Of a stretch of 37,625 bases of DNA, positions 23,061 through 34,435 are shown in pieces; the stretch's first letter is position 1; each line of letters starts with the position of its first letter. The notes under the pieces are model-generated. The model did not search any database. It was not told the DNA's origin and was given only the letters and a program-made list of their open reading frames with translations. A program made the translations under genes and the position numbers. Origin of the DNA: Catajapyx aquilonaris (taxonomy: Eukaryota). The stretch lies in contig JYFJ02003786.1 of assembly GCA_000934665.2 (NCBI GenBank), positions 1 to 37,625 of the forward strand, written 5' to 3'.

Positions 23061-24315
23061 CTAATCCAACTGTGCCACTGCAGGACGCAATGGGATGGTT
23101 CCCATAATGATGGGAAATTTTATTCGCAGCCCGCCAGGCTCAACAGTCACCTGCAATGAACACATTTCTTATTGCATGCATAAATATTTCAAGTAAACTC
23201 CCATAATTTTTACCGGGGCAGTGTCAAAGTGAATGGACCTGGTTTACTGCCATTTTATAGTACATTACCATAGATATTTCTTTGCATATTTTAGTGCAAA
23301 TTACTGCTGTTTAATTCCACGGATAATGTATCCATATTTTTGGAATTGGCTTATCACATAACTAACCTTCAGATAGTACTGAATGCTGATGATTCGGCAA
23401 ACGTCTCCCAAATCAGTAGGTGGTACACTGGAAGGCAACTGCAGACGTACTTCGACCCAGGTCCTGGACTTCCTTGGTGGGATAGTCTTTTTCTCCAGTC
23501 GTGCTAATTCACCCTTCTCGCTTCGTTTCCCCGCGATGATATTGGTGATGTGGTATGTCACCACTTGCTGAACCACTGTAGACATGCACAGAGACTGGTT
23601 GCTCTGATTGTTGACCTCCGCAGTGATCAGTATGGTGTCACCCTGGACGTATCCAGAGCGAGGCAACTTGACAACAACAGAGATTAGATCTGATTTGCAA
23701 CACAAGCAGAATATGTTGCCATGTGTCTCATCCGATATCCCTACCCTTGCTGGAGGGTTACCATTGAGGTCGACAGTAGCAATGACTTCAAACTGCTTTT
23801 CCGCCCAATGATCAAATATTATACAGGTACCTTCCATTATGGCCTTGACCTTGTAATAAATTTTGCCATGTTTGCCTTTGAATGTGGATGGCAAGTTTGC
23901 AGGGAGAGGGCAAGAAAATGGGAGGATGTGTGTGCCAGCAGGCAACTCGAAATCATCTGGAAAATATTGCATAGATTTAGAAGCAACAGATTGTTCCTGC
24001 TGCCCACAGCATCCAGCAGATCCTCACCCGAAACTGGCCAGAGTTGAATTTTCTTGTCAAAGAACAGCTCCTCGTCTCTGACCCTATGCTTGGCTCTTCG
24101 CCATTCCGCCTTGGCCTTTCCTTTCAGCTGCACAGAGACGCCTGCACTAAATATGTGCACGTAGTTACCAACATTATTATTGCCTTCATGCAATGTACAG
24201 TACCTTGGTCTTTCTTGGGCTTGTTCAGGACAAGGACCACGTGTCCAGACAGCGTATCTCCTGCATGGTACACTGGACGGTCCAACTCAATGTGGAACTG
24301 CGTGACTATGACCAT
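23061..24315 (-). CDS. Arrestin domain-containing protein (ARRDC-8), 4 exons, ~301 aa
   Basis: Exons 24315-24204, 24141-24028, 23956-23367, 23150-23061. Motifs VYHAGDTLSGHV, GTHILPFSCPLPANLPSTFKGKHGKIYY, VDLN, FCLCC, LPRSGYVQGD, VPPTDLG, FPIIMGTIPL. Confidence 0.88.
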
Positions 24316-25080
24316 TCTGGAGATCAAGGCAGCTAAGTCACGAGCACGGTCACGAGAATCATGATGTGATGAGGGTGTGTGTTATACTGGAGGCTCTGGA
24401 AAGGAGCTGGAATGACGCAATCTGGTAAGAGGAGGTGGACCACACACTTTTTCTCTTGAATGATCCGATGGAAAACAGCACGAAACCCACCAGCAGTAAA
24501 GGTATACTTTGGTGTAAGTGCGAATGAAAGACAGTATCGACACCATCAATGTCCAGCACCTTGTTGCTGCACGTAAAATGTGTAACGCACCACATTTAGC
24601 CTGTGAAGGCGGGTGAAGGACTGAGCACTTATTTTTGGAGCTGCTTATTATGTATAGGCCTACGACCTACAGAAGTTGAGGGCGCTACTTACCCGTTCAT
24701 ATAGGACAAGGGCAGATCCTGGGTTTAGATTATTGGCTGCTTTTCATCTCTTCACTCATTAGTAATAATATTAATCAATGCCCCTCGTAACAGGCATAAC
24801 TGACATGTTTTTGTGCAACTGGGGGTGTTATTTTCATTTATTGATTATTATTATTGTTATTTTCATTTAGAGATTTCTCGTTGCCATCAAAACATTCCCA
24901 CTTTATTCATCGTGTTTTGTTACAAGAAATATTATATTGGGATATTTATGTGCCATAAATACATGCAACCAATGCTTACATGTTTCAGATGTTTGGAATC
25001 TTGGCTTGAAAAGTGCCCTTACACTGTTTATTTCATATGTATATGCCTAATATTATTTATCGCAAATGACTTGGCATGTC

Positions 25081-26479
25081 TCATAATCCCAACTGTGCCA
25101 CTCCAGGACGCAATGGGATGGTTCCAATAATGAGGGGAAATTTTATTCGCAGCCCGCCAGGCTCAACAGTCACCTGAAATGAACACATTTCTGAGTCACA
25201 GCCATGTCACAGCATTGTTATGGTCAAATAACAGCTTTCTAGGCTTTTACCTTACTTTTTGTAGGCAGAACACCGGAACCAAAATATCTATCCGTTTCAT
25301 CACTTCAAATCTCGTAGTTTTGTAAAACCTAAAATTGCCTATTTGGGAAGTTGGGACCTAAGTGGCCTATTATAGCGCCTATTCCCATTTTGACACATAT
25401 TTAGTAATATTTTCGACAGTTTTTACTTGTTTTCCGTTCAAGTAAGTTTTTTTTGGTTATGGCGATTTCTTTGAAGCTTTTAGTGCGACGCCATGGTGGG
25501 TATACCGGTAATGTAACCATACATTATTGGAACTGGATGATCACTTCAGAAATAAACTCACCTTCAGATAGTGCTTAATGCTGAAGAGTTTGCAACCACC
25601 TCCCAAATCAGTAGGTGGCACACTGAAAGGCAACTGCAGCCGTACTTCGGACCAGGTCCTGGACATCCTTGGAGGGATAGTCTTTTTATCCCATGCTATT
25701 TCATCCTTCTCACTTCGTTCCACATAATTAGCAATGTATGTCACCACTTGCTGAACGGTTGTCCACAAGCACAGAGACTCATTGCTCTGGTTGTTCACCT
25801 GCGCAGTGATCAGTATGGTGTCACCCTGGACGTAGCCAAAGCGAGGCAACTTGACAGCAACAGAGATAGGATCCGATCTGCAACATAAGCTGCATATGTT
25901 GCCATGTGCCTCGTCCGATATTCCTACCCTCGTTGCAGCTAGGTTACGATTGAGGTCAACAGAAGCAATGACGTCAAACTGCTTTTCGTCCTCACGATGA
26001 GATATCCAGGCGCCGCGCATTTTGGCCTTGGCCTTGTACACAACTTTGCCATATTCGCCTTGGAATGTGGATGGCAAGTTTAAAGGAAGAGGGAAAGAAA
26101 AAGGGAGACGGTGTGCGCCAACAGGCAACTCGTAATCATCTGGAAATATTGCATCGATTTAGAAGCAACAGATTGTTCCTGCTGACCACAGATCCTCACC
26201 CGAAACTGGCCAGAGTGCAATAGTCTTGTCAAAGTACAGCTCCTTGTCTCTGACTCTCTGCCTGCCTCTTTGCCATTCCACCTTAGCCTTTCCTTCCAGA
26301 CGTACAAAGACACCTGCAATATGTACACGTATAGTTACCAATATTATTGTCTTCATGGAATGTACAGTACCTTGATCTCTCTTGGGCCTGTTCAAGACGA
26401 CGACCACGTGTCCTGACAGCGTATCTCCTGCATGGTACAATGGACGGTCAAACTCAATGTAGAACTGCGTGACGACCAT
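25081..26479 (-). CDS. Arrestin domain-containing protein (ARRDC-9), 4 exons, ~297 aa
   Basis: Exons 26479-26371, 26313-26200, 26139-25562, 25173-25081; close paralogue of ARRDC-8/-10 with the same motifs and intact GT-AG sites. Confidence 0.88.
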
Positions 26480-27341
26480 TCTGGAGATCCGGACAGCAAA
26501 GCCACTTTGTGATGCGAGCGTGTTTTGTAGTCCGTCGCTGGAGGATCTGGAAAGGAGTTGGAATGACGCAATCTTGTAAGAGGAGTTGCGCAATTGAAAC
26601 ACCAAAACCTGCGCATTGAAGACAGTATGGCCGATCAGTATGAAGCACACATTGTTTCTGGTTTCTATAATTGTATGGACGAGCGAAGGGACGAAATCCC
26701 CGAATTCAGGACAGGTATACTTTTATCCTCAATTGCCTCCTATCCACTGTGGAATATCACGATCGATAGCCCGGAGAAAGACGTCACGCCATCTCTTTTC
26801 AAACAGGCACTGACGTCATCTGAACCGTCCGGAAAATCCGGACCAAACGCAGCTGAGTAATTCCCGCTCGATACTGGAATTCCCAAACAGTCAGAGTTCT
26901 AGTCGGTTCGAAATGCGGGTCTGCCACTCATCCGGACCCGTTTAATTATACTAACAAAGCCTGTAATTAAGTCAGTGCGGCGAAAATGTCTTGATTGTTA
27001 AAAGGTGCGTTCAAATTTGCCTCCTTCGAAATATAGGTTCAAGTGCCGCCGCCAGAGTCCGCCACTGCTCAACATGGCAGGCCCGCCATCTGTCGACGTT
27101 TCGCTGAACCTGTTCCAGTCCATGTGTTTACAACACGTGTCCAGGACTTTTCTCCAGGAATTCCAGCCTCAAACGCTGGAGAATCACTGGAACTTGGTTT
27201 GTACGAGCATGCTCTTGGAGTAGAGCAACAGTTGATGTGTCACGCCTCTTTTGCGGAGTGTGGCATGCAGGTGATGTCTGGACAACATACTGCCTGCTGG
27301 AGAAAGCGCCTTGACAATACTGGACAGTTGTTACGAGCACA

Positions 27342-27368
27342 ATGCCTGGACCCAAGGGGCAGCAGAAG
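27342..27368 (+). pseudogene. Truncated 5' stub of the THAP gene (first ~9 codons) left by duplication
   Basis: gagcacaATGCCTGGACCCAAGGGGCAGCAGAAG matches the THAP start at 30507 (MPGPNGQQK); similarity stops abruptly at ~27368. Confidence 0.8.
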
Positions 27369-27841
27369 CTTTCAATTCTTCATATTTTTCAAACGCTGAT
27401 TTCCGAGTTGGTGATCTCATTAGAAAAAAAAAAAAATGTATTGAATTTCACTTTTGCAATCTCGTGCTCATTAAGAACACAGTGAAATGTAATCACAATC
27501 CAATCCCAAACCCATATTTGAACAGATCCTTTATTGTGCGGGCTTATTCTTCCATGGCGTTGTATTTTGGAAGCTATATTTTAAAATTTACAAGGTATTG
27601 TTGTTGGAGCCACCCTCCATATGTTAATAAATAAGTTTTCAGTGATCTTTCATTTTATTTCTCGTTGCCATCGAATTATTGTCACTTTATTCTTCTTCGA
27701 GTATTATTGTTACAAGGGAAATTACATTGGGATACTTTCGTTCCATAAATACATGCAGCAACCTATGCTTACTTGTTTCAGATGTTTGGAAGACTTGAAA
27801 TATTGATGTGTAATATTACCGCCAATGACTTGGCACGTATC

Positions 27842-29674
27842 TTAATCCAACTGCGCCACTGCAGGACGCAATGGGATGGTTCCAATAATGATGGGAAGTT
27901 TTACTCGCAAAAAGTCAGGCTGAACAGTCACCTGAAATGAACACATTTGTGAGTCTCAGCATTGTTTTGACTAAGCTCTCAGTGCAACTCCATGGTGGGT
28001 ACCGGCAATGTAACCACATATACTACAGAGTTGGGTAAGTTACTTTTGAAATGTAACTGGTTACAGTTACAGTTATTCAGTCCAAAAAGTAACTAGTTAC
28101 AGTTACAAGTTCCTTTGACCAAAAAGTAACTAGTTACAGTTACAGGTACAGTTACAGTTACTCATGAAGTTACTTTTCCGTGGTCTGTCACCGTTGCTGT
28201 AGATGGATGGGGGATTCCCCATCTCTCCCTGAAATACGAATCATACAGCATAACGCCGTGGTCAAAAAAATGATCAACCTCAATTTACTTTTAATAATAG
28301 CTGCTTTTCAAAGTTTGCATCTGTAAGCTTTCCCCTTCTCGGTGTAAAAACTTCTAGCGCACTATTTGAATTTCCCCACTTTGATCCCTCGCCCTGGGAT
28401 TACCGTTCCGCATAGCGAAAAACGGATTGCACCTTCGGATTCAGGATTTTTTTTGCCCGACTTGTTTTTTTGAGTGGAGTGTCCCTTTAAAATAGGTGCT
28501 TTTCAAACCAAGTTTCAAACCCTGCACGGAAAAGTAACTTGGTAACTTTCGTTACAAAGTTACTGTTTAAAGGTAACTAGTTACAAGTACAAGTTACTTG
28601 TGCACAAAAGTAACGAAGTTACCGGGAAAAGTACTCAAAAAGTAACTAGTTACTAGTAACGCGTTATTTCTACTCAGTTACTACCCAACTCTGCATATAC
28701 ATTATTGGAACTGGATGGTCACTTCAGAAATTAACTCACCATCAGATAGTGCTGAATGGTGATGACTCGGCAAACACCTCCCAAATCAGTAGGTAGCACA
28801 CTGGAAGGCAACCGCAGCCGTACTTCGGACCAGGACACGGACCCCCTTGGTGGGATAGTAATTCTCTCCAGTCGTGCTAATATACTCTCCTCGCTTCTTT
28901 TCCCCACACGGACATCAGTGATGTGGTATGTCACCTCTTGGTTAACCGATGTCCACATATACAGAGACTCATTGCTCTGGTTGTTCACCTCCGCAGTGAT
29001 CAGCAGGGTGTCACCCGGTACGTATCCAGAGCGAGGCAACTTGACAGCAACAGAGATTGGGTCTGATTTCCACCACAAGAAGGATATGTTACCGTGTGTC
29101 TCATCCGATACTCCTACCCTTGCTGCAGGGTTACCATTGAGGTCAACAGTAGCAAGGACTGCAAACTTCTTTTCCGCGCAATAGTCAAATATTATACCCC
29201 AGATACCGGGCATTTTGGCCGTGACCTTGTAATAAATGTTGCCCCAATCTTTGCCTTGGAATGTGGATGGCAAGTTTGCAGGGAGAGGGCAAGAAAATGG
29301 GAGACGGTGTACGCCAACAGGCAACTCGTAATCATCAGGAAATATTGCATCCATTTAGAGGCAACAGATTGTTCCTGCTGTCCACAGCATCCAGATTCTC
29401 ACCCGATACTGGCCCGAGTTGAATTTTTTCGTCAAGGAACAGCTCCTCGTCTCTGCCTGCCGGCCATTCCAGCTTAGCCTTTCCTCTCACATGCACAGAG
29501 ACACCTGCAATATAATTATGTGGACCGAGTTACCAATATTATTCCCTTCAGGCAATGTACAGTACCTCGGTCTTTCCTAGGCTCGTTCAAGGCGACCACC
29601 ACATGTCCAGACACCGTATCTCCTGCACGGTACACTATACGGTCCAACTCAATGTGGAACTGCGTGACAACCAT
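27842..29674 (-). pseudogene. ARRDC-10: intact reading frame (~298 aa) but intron-2 acceptor is TG instead of AG; possible young pseudogene
   Basis: Exons 29674-29566, 29504-29403, 29335-28740, 27931-27842. Paralogues read tttccag/ATGAT, this copy reads tttcctg/ATGAT (29336-29337). The 67-nt intron cannot be retained in frame. Confidence 0.6.
28026..28693. mobile_element. hAT-type MITE inserted in intron 3 of ARRDC-10
   Basis: TIRs cagagttgggta / tacccaactctg; many subterminal (a)gttac / gtaac(t) repeats at both ends; flanked by duplicated catatac (28017-28023 and 28694-28700). The empty site aaccatacattattggaactgg is visible in ARRDC-9 (~25515-25536). Confidence 0.88.
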
Positions 29675-30506
29675 TCTGGCGATCCGGACAGCAAAGCCAC
29701 GAGCATGTGATGCGGGCGTGTTTTATAGTCCGTCGCTGGAGGCTCTGGAAAGGACGCAATCTGGTAAGAGGAGTTGCGCAATTGAAACACCAGAACCTGC
29801 GCATTGAAGACAGTTTGACTGATGAACAGTGTGAAGCACACACGTTTCTCTGGTTTCTACGGACGAAGGGACGAAATCCCCAAATTCAGGAAAGGTACTT
29901 TTATCCTCAATTTCCTCCTATCCACTGTGGAATATCACTATCGATAGTCCGGAGAAAACAGACACTGACGTCATCTGAACCGTCCGGAAAATCCGGACCA
30001 AACGCAGCTGAGTCATTCCCGCTCGATACTGGAATTCCCGAACAGTCAGAGTAGTCCTGTTCTAGCCGGTTCTAGTAGTAAAATCCGGGTTTTCCAGTCA
30101 TCCGGGACCATTTAATTATACTAACAAAGCCCGTAGTTAAGACAGTGCGCCGAAAATGTTCTGATTGTTAAAAGGTGCATTCAAATTTGCCTCCTTCGAA
30201 ATGTAGGTTCAAGTGCCACCGCCAGAGTCCGCCACTGCTCAACATGGCAGGCCCGCCATCTGTCGACGTCTCGCTGAACCTGTTCCAGGCCATGTGTTTA
30301 CCACACGTGTCCAGGCCATTTCTCCAGGAATTCCAGCCGATTCGTGCCTCAAACGTTGGAGAATCGCTGGAACTTGGTTTGTATAAGCATGGTCTTGGAG
30401 TAGAGCAGCAGTTGATGTGTCACGCCTCTTTTGCAGGGTGTGGTATATGTCTGGACAACTGCCTGGAGAAGCGCTGGACAATACTGGACAATTTGTTCTG
30501 AGCACA
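29675..30506. promoter_or_regulatory. Candidate bidirectional promoter between head-to-head ARRDC-10 and THAP genes
   Basis: Divergent gene pair. Contains TATCGATA (DRE consensus, 29939-29946), TGACGTCA (CRE consensus, 29966-29973) and CCGGAA. The duplicate at ~26480-27341 keeps TGACGTCA (26811-26818) but reads GATCGATA. Confidence 0.5.
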
Positions 30507-31967
30507 ATGCCTGGACCCAATGGGCAGCAGAAGGGGAAGGGCCCGATCCGAGTTTGCATCGTGTGTAAGCGGACAGGCAAGGACGACGGGCCAAATGTCA
30601 CTTTCCACTCATTCCCGGACCACAGGAAGTACCTGCTGAAGCAACGATGGGAACGAGCGTTGGGATTACCGCCGCATTACATGCCCAGGACAACAGACAA
30701 GGTCTGCAGCGCTCACTTTGCACGGCAGGACATGTTCCCATCCAGGCCTGGACAAGCGTTGTTTATTCTGAAGCCAAATGCTGTTCCCTTACACCAGACG
30801 CAGGTAGCAATGATCATGTTCTTCCGGCTAAAGCAGATCTAACCTGAATTATTTTTTATCAGCCACTGATGACTGACACCAGCACTGGTTGCCAAACAGA
30901 ACAGGTTCGTACTTGGTACGTCGTACGAGACCCTGAATATTCTGCAATAAGTATTCCTTTCACAGTCAGTAAAGCAGGAAGTGGACGACAGCGAGCCTAC
31001 TGTTCCTGTGACAGACTTTCCAATCATTCCGGATCAAGAGGACCCTTTGGAAGTGAAGCCAGAAGATGCCCTGCCATGGTTGCTGATGGTAAGATGATGA
31101 CTGTACATAGCGGAAGCATTATAATTATGTGGAATTTATTTGTCAGATTCCGCCTGGCCAGCTGGAAGGAACAGGCAGCAATGACTTCGATGATTCGAAA
31201 CCAGAAATGGTGAGTTGTCATGCCATGTTGGTACTAACGAGATGCGAGTCGCTTTTGAAGCCTGTCAAATAGTACAAAATAACTTCACTTTGCAGTCAGT
31301 GAACCAAGACAAGGGCAATGGTGGAACAAAGACACGAAACGCAAAAGTGCAGTGTGGCATGAATGTCAAGACTTTCCGAACCGTTGGATCACATACGGGA
31401 CTGGTCAGTTCCACTAATTATGTAGATAATTGCTATTTAAGTGCAGGTAATTTCATTGGTAATTATGCATGTACTTACATCCTTTTAGGAAGGGCAAAGA
31501 TTAGTAAACGCCTCAACCCAGTGTGCGCGTGGCTGCAAGCCCACACGTTCTGTTGGGATCCAAACTGATGGAGTATGTATTACTATTACAAGTCAAATTA
31601 CGTAACATGAGAGACAATTTGTAGTGTTAATGTTTCGCTTGTTCTCGTTACGTTTTTCAGATGAATGTGAAGAAAGTCACACACGCTTCAGTGCAATGTG
31701 ACCTAAAGCCAAAACGAGGCCGAGGCCGGCCTCGTAAGATAGCTAGACTTGGGACCCAAACTGATGGAGTAGTATGTATTACTATTACAAGTCAAATTAC
31801 GTAGCATGAGAGACAATTTGTGTTAATGTTTCGCTTGTTCTCGTTACGTTTTTCAGATGAATGGGAAGAAAGTTGCACACGCTTCAGTGCAAAGTGACCT
31901 AAACAATAAGCCAAAACGAGGACGAGGCCGGCCTCGCAAGATAGCTAGACTTGAGACCGACAACTGA
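30507..31967 (+). CDS. THAP zinc-finger protein with TQT-like motifs and two AT-hooks, 8 exons, ~312 aa
   Basis: Exons 30507-30803, 30863-30904, 30966-31088, 31147-31209, 31296-31403, 31489-31572, 31661-31771 (or -31768), 31857-31967; all introns phase 0, GT-AG. THAP signature CIVC...FHSFP...W...VCSAHF...LKPNAVP; KRGRGRPRK twice. Confidence 0.85.
31555..31952 (+). repeat. ~197-bp tandem duplication of an intron plus AT-hook exon within the THAP gene
   Basis: 31555-31750 and 31751-31952 are near-identical (ggga.ccaaactgatggagta..tgtattactattacaagtc...tttttcagatgaat...cgaggccggcctcg.aagatagctagactt). Confidence 0.9.
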
Positions 31968-32359
31968 TATCTGCAGACCTGGTGACCTCACCCGTTGACC
32001 TCGAAGCTCACTAAAATGGCTCACCCAGGTGATTAGGTTGTGAAATGGCAAAATGGAACAAAACATTGGGAACTTGGACAAACATTTTAAATTTCTTCTC
32101 ATACACAATAAATATTTGTGTAATGTAATTGCAGTATTTTTTGTTTTGACACGACAGGTTTGAAAATTTCCATTACGTAGTACGTTTCAGTTAGATTTCA
32201 GCTAAATTTAATTTGACAAGTCTGTACCACATAATTATACGTTGCATTATAGCCTGGTAGTTCTGTAGTGATATTCACGGCCAAACTAATGTGCTGTGGG
32301 ATGTACATAAAACTATTGTTTTGTTATCGCCTGTGATTCCCTCGAATGCGTCAGCTAGA

Positions 32360-32820
32360 CAAATAGCTCAATTGTTAACCTGATACTGGAGTATAATAAG
32401 TGTCAAGCCCTTTTTGATATCCATACTGGCCATGTTGGGCTGCAAAAAAATTCACTTCTGCATTACGTTGTACGCATTTCTGATAATCTACAGTTGCATA
32501 GATGTCCGTGGATATCCTGACAAGGGTGAGTAATTTCATGCTAATTTTTAGGTGCGCTATAATCTAGTTTGCTATAATCTCCAGGCACAAACCAAGCAAG
32601 AGGTGCTGATCGAGGCCCCTGTGTGCTTTCAAAGTGTCCTCATGTGCCAAACGAAAACTGCAAAAAGGTGGAATCTCCAGGGTCGTGTTGTCCGCAGTGG
32701 AATTGCGATAGTAAGTACGAAATGTCTGATGCCACTGTTATCATCCGCTGTAACTACGGGTAATTTGTACTTTCAGCTGGTGATGGAGATGGACAGGTGG
32801 GGGTGAGGGGTTGGTGGTGA
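32360..32820 (+). pseudogene. Cys-rich VWC-like small protein gene, damaged copy A
   Basis: Spliced reading CIDVRGYPDK/GTNQARGADRGPCVLSKCPHVPNENCKKVESPGSCCPQWNCD (PG.CCP.W.C is a VWC-type ending). The upstream exon has a 4-nt deletion and donor ataagt where copy B has gtaagt. Confidence 0.5.
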
Positions 32821-33379
32821 TGATGACAGGATGATCAGAATTGTGAAATGTAAGGGTGTCGATTGTTGGATTCCATAGGCGATGCCAACATGAACAGAGC
32901 ACCTTCACCGCTCTTTGTATCACAACTGGACAACCCAAATGAACACCAATGGAACGCCATCATTCAACGAATAGCTGTTTGAAACCTTGTGTCATACGAG
33001 TTACTACCAATGCGGTAACAGCATGGACTGTGCAGATCATACTGCTCTTGCAAAGCCTTCAATTCCATGCAACTGTAGCCCTTCCACACACACTGTATAG
33101 CACTTATTAAACTGGACTCAATCTAGACTCAGTGAAGTTGATTATTATTCGCAATGCAATTGTGACCATCCGGTAAACAATCGGACAACTTATACAAGTT
33201 TCCATTTGCGGACAACTACTTTTATTTTTTAGGTTGGGAGCCAACAATCGATGCCCAGACATTTCACACTCCGGGCATCATCACCGGACTAGATCAACCG
33301 GCCTGAAGATGAGACAACCCCCCACGTCCGATGGCCCTCTTTCCTATATCTGTCGTTCGCCAGTGGACTTCTCTTCAGC

Positions 33380-33845
33380 TGAAAGGTTAGTACAAATTAT
33401 AGCTACAAATGACCAATAGTTACAGTGGATGATGACAGTGGCATCAGACATTTCGTACTTACTATCGCACTGCCAGTCAGGACAACAAGACCCTGGAGAC
33501 TGCACCTTTTCGCAGTTGCTCTATGGCAGAAGAGGACACTTTCAATCCACGCAGGGGGCTCCATCAGAACCTTGGTGCGTGCCTGGAGATTATAGCAAAC
33601 TAGGACAATGTATGCACACCTAAAAATTAGCATGAACGGACCTGTGTTAGGAAATCCACTGACATCTAAGCAACTGTAGATTATCAGAAATGAGTACAAT
33701 TTAAAGTAGAAATGACTTTTGTCGAAGCCCAACATGGCCAGATTGAATATATTGAAAAGGGTTGGACATACACTTACTGTACTCCAGTATCAGGTCCGGT
33801 AACAATTGAGCAATTTGCATATACATGTGCTTTCCAAAATCCTGC
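33380..33845 (-). pseudogene. Cys-rich VWC-like small protein gene, damaged copy B (inverted duplicate)
   Basis: Reverse-complement match to 32360-32760. Spliced reading FWKAHVYANCSIVTGPDTGVH/CLDVSGFPNT/GTHQGSDGAPCVD*KCPLLP*SNCEKVQSPGSCCPDWQCD with two in-frame stops. Confidence 0.55.
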
Positions 33846-34435
33846 TGAAAATTTCCATGTGAAAAGAAATATTTTCAAAGGTAGGTTCTGGATCAACAAA
33901 ATATGGACTTTTTTTTGTCAGTTGCGATCACAAACTTTCCTTTCAGATTAGAAATTAATGAAGAGTGTACTTTATTGGGCAACGCACAATATTATTTCTC
34001 ACATGATTTTTTTTTTTTTTTGCAAGGGTGACCTGCTTGGTTAAGTCAAAATATTTTTATTGCAAATATTTCACGAACTTAATTAGCAATGTTAATAATC
34101 TGCCCATTCTTGCCTGATGATTGGCACGTAATAAACGAGAAGATGTGTTAATTTAGCGATTGCTGTAATTAACTAGCTACCATCGAGCGGGTAGGGTTGA
34201 ATAGGAAGTGATGGTCGCGAATTTTACGCATCTATTTTCTGGGGTCGCCAAACAAAAAAGATTGGGAAGCAGGGCTACTCTGGAAAACCTGCTAATGTTA
34301 GCAACACTGTGGAATTTGTATGGTCTCTTATAAGTTTTTTTTGTCTTCGCTTTTACACACCACAATGTTATTGTGTCGAAAATGTTGGGCATGTAAAAAT
34401 ATGCTATGCCTTCTGAGTGACTCGTGAAAGTAAGT

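Larger units (their letters stand above)
22850..30535. repeat. Tandem triplication of the ARRDC-8/9/10 unit
   Basis: Units ~22850-24435, ~24860-27368 and ~27607-30535 share coding, intron and 3' flank sequence (e.g. atttctcgttgccatc, tgtttcagatgtttggaa, aatgacttggca). Units 2 and 3 also share ~850 bp of upstream sequence. Confidence 0.9.

Noticed and set aside
28026..28693. Short GTTAC/GTAAC repeats as a CRISPR-like array
   Set aside because: Eukaryotic context, no constant repeat-spacer period; they are transposon subterminal repeats inside TIRs.
30507..31967. THAP gene as an active P-element-like transposase
   Set aside because: No catalytic transposase domain or flanking TIRs; a multi-intron host-gene structure ending at ~312 aa.
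33495..33545. In-frame TGA as selenocysteine in the Cys-rich copy B
   Set aside because: The TGA aligns with Ser in copy A rather than Cys, a TAG also interrupts the frame, and I see no SECIS.
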